Part shown: positions 61,352 to 64,000 of the stretch, piece after piece
Position numbering within the stretch: position 1 is the stretch's first letter
Layout of the letters: each line of letters starts with the position of its first letter
NCBI GenBank assembly: GCA_903875425.1
Contig: CAIQWC010000043.1
Span: forward strand, 2,354-66,353
Direction of reading: 5' to 3'
Length of the DNA stretch: 64,000 bases
Origin: an uncultured Actinomycetes bacterium
GTDB taxonomy: Bacteria > Actinomycetota > Acidimicrobiia > Acidimicrobiales > RAAP-2
Program-made: the position numbers and the translations under genes
The notes under the pieces: generated by a model
The model's database searches: none
What the model was told of the DNA's origin: nothing
The model's input: only the letters and a program-made list of their open reading frames with translations

Positions 61352-64000
61352 ATGGAGAGCCAGGTACCCGCAGTTGTCGCCCTTGTGGTGGCGGCAGAAC
61401 CCGACAGTCTGTTGGCTGCCACGCTGAGCACGCTAGCTGCCCAAGATTACCCCGCCTTAAGCATTCTGGTTGTTAGCAGTTCTAGGGAAGCCGACATCGA
61501 AGCACAGGTGGCGCGAAGTGCTCCCGGGTCCTACGTCAGCCGAGTTCCTGAGAATCGGGGATTCGGCGCAGCAGTCAACCATGGATTGGCACAAATCGAA
61601 GGAGCCGATTTCGTTCTGGTCTGTCACGATGATGTCAGTGTGGCACCCAATGCTGTGTCGGCGATGGTGGAGGAGAGTTTCCGCTCCAACGCTGGCGTAG
61701 TGACTCCCAAGGTGGTTACCTATGCCGACCATCGAGTCTTGCTGCACGTCGGCCAAGCGGTTGACCGATTCGGAACTCTCGTAGAGCGAGTTCAGCAAGG
61801 GGAGGTAGACCAAGGTCAACATGATGCCGTCCGAGATGTGTTTGTCGCTCCTGGCGGCGTGACGCTGTTTCGAAAAGATTTACTAACTACCTTGAAGGGC
61901 TACGACGAGCGCTACGTGGCGCTTGGTGATGATCTTGAAATTTCTTGGCGCGCTCACCTGCTTGGTTCTCGAGTTGTGTGTGCACCCTCAGCGGTGATCG
62001 CTCACGCCGAGCGACTGGGCTCGGGCTTTGCAGCGCTACCGGCTCCCGCTGGCGAAACGCAGCAACTTAGTCGTGAGCGGCTCTATCGTCGCAACGAACT
62101 ACGTAGCTTGTGGCTCTACTGGGGGACCGCGGCACGAATTTGGACCTTGCTCCTGCTTGCCCTGTTTAATGTGGCGGAAATCGTTGTTGCAGTGTTTGGT
62201 ACGGATATCGAACGGGCAATCAATATTCGAGAATCTTGGCGCGCCCTATGGCGTGAGAGAAAAACCAATCACGAGGCTCGGAAGCAGATTCGTATCTTGC
62301 GGACGATTTCTGACCACGCCATTCACAAGCAGATGACGCCTGGTCCGGTTCGGCTCCGTCGTTTTATCGTGGCCTTAGCTCGACATGGCTTTGACGTGGC
62401 GCGAGGAGCACTAGTTCCTGAGGAACATACTGAAGATAGTGCGAGTAGCAGCTTTGGTGGAGCGTTCAGCGATGATGAGACCTTCGACGAACTTGACGAA
62501 CTTGCTGAACGAAGCGCACGACGCAGACGTTGGGGATCGGCTCAAGCGCTCAGCGTCCTCACTGTGGTGATCGCGGCAGCATTTGCCTTAGGTTCGCGCA
62601 ACCTTCTCGGAGCGCGCTTACCCATGATTGGACAATTAATACCGCTTCGATCGTGGGGCGCAATGTTCCATATGGTGACGGGTTCGTGGCAGAGTGCTGG
62701 CCTCGGAACTACAGCGCCAGGACATCCGGGTTACGCCGTGATCTTCTTGCTAGGGATTCTTACCCTTGGCCATGTTGGCTTCGTGATTCGAACCTTGCTC
62801 CTCGTTTCACTTCCCTTCGGCGCCATTGGCGTCGCTCGCTTGATTGGACCGATCGCGACGGGAAGAGCGCGGGTGCTTGCTGGAGCCACCTACTTGGCTA
62901 CCGGCCTAGGCATCAACGCCATAAGCGCGGGATCCGTGAGTACAACCTTCGCGCTCGGGGCCATGCCGTTCTTGCTACGACGAGTGCTTCGTCTTGCCCG
63001 GGTAGCGCCTTTCGACCAGTCGTTTAGTCCTAAAACTCGCGTTGGAACTCGTGGATGGAGAATGTCGGCGACTGGTCAAGCCGCTTCGCTTGCGCTGCTT
63101 TTGACCGTCGTTGGCGCCATTAGCCCCGCTACGATCCCGGTCCTTGAGATCGCGGCGCTCAGCGTCTTGTTCCTTGGTTTGGTTTTGAGTCCTGGAGAGG
63201 CATTCGTCGGCCAAGGTCGTATCGCGAGCGCAGTGATCGGCTCACTGGTTTTGTTGGCGCCCCTGACCATACCGGGGCTCGTCAGCGGATCTGGCTTCTT
63301 GGGTATTTTTGGAACCGCGCAGGCTTCGTGGGCATCTCCGGGCTTCGGAGGTCTCCTTCGCTTTGCGACGGGTCCCTTTTCCGTCAGTTGGGCTGCGTGG
63401 CTTATTCCGGCTGCCGCTACCTGCGCGCTCTTATTAGTTCGAGAGGAACGCTTCGTCCTAGCAACTCGTCTCGCAGCCATCGCGGCCGTTTCGTATTGCT
63501 TCAGTGCTTTGGTGGCGCGCGATGTCATGGGCAACTTTGCACCGACGCTCAGCGTGGCCCTTGCCCCCGCCGCCGTCGGTGTTGCCTGTTTGAGCGGCCT
63601 CTTGGTCTCCGCGTTTGAGTTCGACATCCAATCCTTACACTTTGGCTGGAGACAGGTGATGGCCGTGGGCGGCATTATCGCAGCCATTGTGGGACTTGTG
63701 CCCTTCGTGCTGGCGGTGGGAAATGGTCGTTGGCAGTTAGCGACGACGGGATACGGAGACTCATTAAGCTTTGTTTCAAGCAGCCTGCGACCGGGGGACC
63801 GGGTTCTATGGCTGGGGCAGCCTTCAGCAATTCCCGCCGCCAGTTGGTCGGTCAATAAGGATCTGGCATGGGCTACGACCACCGAGGGTCTGTCGGGACC
63901 AAGCAACCTTTTCAATCCCGCCAGTGCGACTGCCGCATCACAGATTACGGGTCCTATCAAGCAGGCCCTAGCTGGTCGAACGGTGACGCTTGGACACTTG
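61352..64000 (+). CDS. Family 2 glycosyltransferase fused to a very large polytopic membrane domain; 3' end outside the window (absent from the ORF track)
   Basis: I translated it manually from ATG 61352 (GGGAG SD). The reading frame shows no stop through base 64000 (883 codons). N-terminus VVALVVAAEP...AQDYPALSILVVSS...ENRGFGAAVNHG...VLVCHDDV (GT2, DxD). From about residue 400 onward there are many hydrophobic helices. Confidence 0.7.
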   Translation, partial: MESQVPAVVALVVAAEPDSLLAATLSTLAAQDYPALSILVVSSSREADIEAQVARSAPGSYVSRVPENRGFGAAVNHGLAQIEGADFVLVCHDDVSVAPNAVSAMVEESFRSNAGVVTPKVVTYADHRVLLHVGQAVDRFGTLVERVQQGEVDQGQHDAVRDVFVAPGGVTLFRKDLLTTLKGYDERYVALGDDLEISWRAHLLGSRVVCAPSAVIAHAERLGSGFAALPAPAGETQQLSRERLYRRNELRSLWLYWGTAARIWTLLLLALFNVAEIVVAVFGTDIERAINIRESWRALWRERKTNHEARKQIRILRTISDHAIHKQMTPGPVRLRRFIVALARHGFDVARGALVPEEHTEDSASSSFGGAFSDDETFDELDELAERSARRRRWGSAQALSVLTVVIAAAFALGSRNLLGARLPMIGQLIPLRSWGAMFHMVTGSWQSAGLGTTAPGHPGYAVIFLLGILTLGHVGFVIRTLLLVSLPFGAIGVARLIGPIATGRARVLAGATYLATGLGINAISAGSVSTTFALGAMPFLLRRVLRLARVAPFDQSFSPKTRVGTRGWRMSATGQAASLALLLTVVGAISPATIPVLEIAALSVLFLGLVLSPGEAFVGQGRIASAVIGSLVLLAPLTIPGLVSGSGFLGIFGTAQASWASPGFGGLLRFATGPFSVSWAAWLIPAAATCALLLVREERFVLATRLAAIAAVSYCFSALVARDVMGNFAPTLSVALAPAAVGVACLSGLLVSAFEFDIQSLHFGWRQVMAVGGIIAAIVGLVPFVLAVGNGRWQLATTGYGDSLSFVSSSLRPGDRVLWLGQPSAIPAASWSVNKDLAWATTTEGLSGPSNLFNPASATAASQITGPIKQALAGRTVTLGHL

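Noticed and set aside
63076-63960. A 294-aa minus-strand ORF, together with the plus-strand ORFs 62028..62336 and 62530..63027.
   Set aside because: All lie inside, and out of frame or antisense to, the long open GT2-membrane ORF (61352 to beyond 64000). That ORF has clear GT2 motifs and a consistent run of hydrophobic helices.

Overview
This is a 64-kb chromosomal segment, about 57-60% GC by eye, that looks like it comes from an actinobacterium (Actinomycetota). Three things support that. It carries the actinobacteria-specific mini ribosomal proteins bS22 and bL37. It carries F420 biosynthesis genes (cofD/fbiA, cofE). Its housekeeping backbone is, from my memory of M. tuberculosis Rv1003-Rv1026, collinear with rsmI-metG-tatD-(rpfB slot)-ksgA-ispE ... 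glmU-prs-rplY-pth-mfd-mazG-eno-ftsB-like-DUF501-ppx. The moderate GC fits a non-mycobacterial lineage such as Acidimicrobiia, but I cannot verify that.

Coding density is very high, with many ATGA/GTGA start-stop overlaps. I recognise about 67 protein genes and 2 tRNA genes. I saw no rRNA, CRISPR array, transposase, integrase or prophage signature.

Three envelope-glycan gene groups are present:
- a GT2 plus two GT-C-like membrane proteins at the left edge;
- a GT4 / methyltransferase / alpha-alpha-toroid trio at 14-17 kb;
- NDP-sugar genes, three GT4 genes, an Rmd-like reductase and a GT2 fused to a large membrane domain at 52-64 kb. That last ORF runs off the right edge and is missing from the ORF track.

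The most unusual region is 29.8-36.5 kb. It is a lineage-specific block between ispE and tRNA-Gln/glmU. It holds a translationally coupled operon: signal-peptide repeat protein, ApbE flavin transferase, di-haem ferric-reductase-like membrane protein, NuoF-like flavoprotein, ferredoxin. No recognisable FMN_bind acceptor is encoded there. A second disordered, repeat-bearing membrane-anchored protein and an OmpR-type two-component system sit next to it.

Other points worth checking:
- a class-I-shaped tRNA with anticodon UAA;
- a GlmU homolog that lacks the catalytic C-terminal part of the acetyltransferase domain;
- an AT-rich promoter plus a structured leader upstream of a DPBB-domain wall protein sitting in the rpfB position;
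- a short, single-domain CofE.

All family assignments rest on motif recognition by eye. No database search was run.
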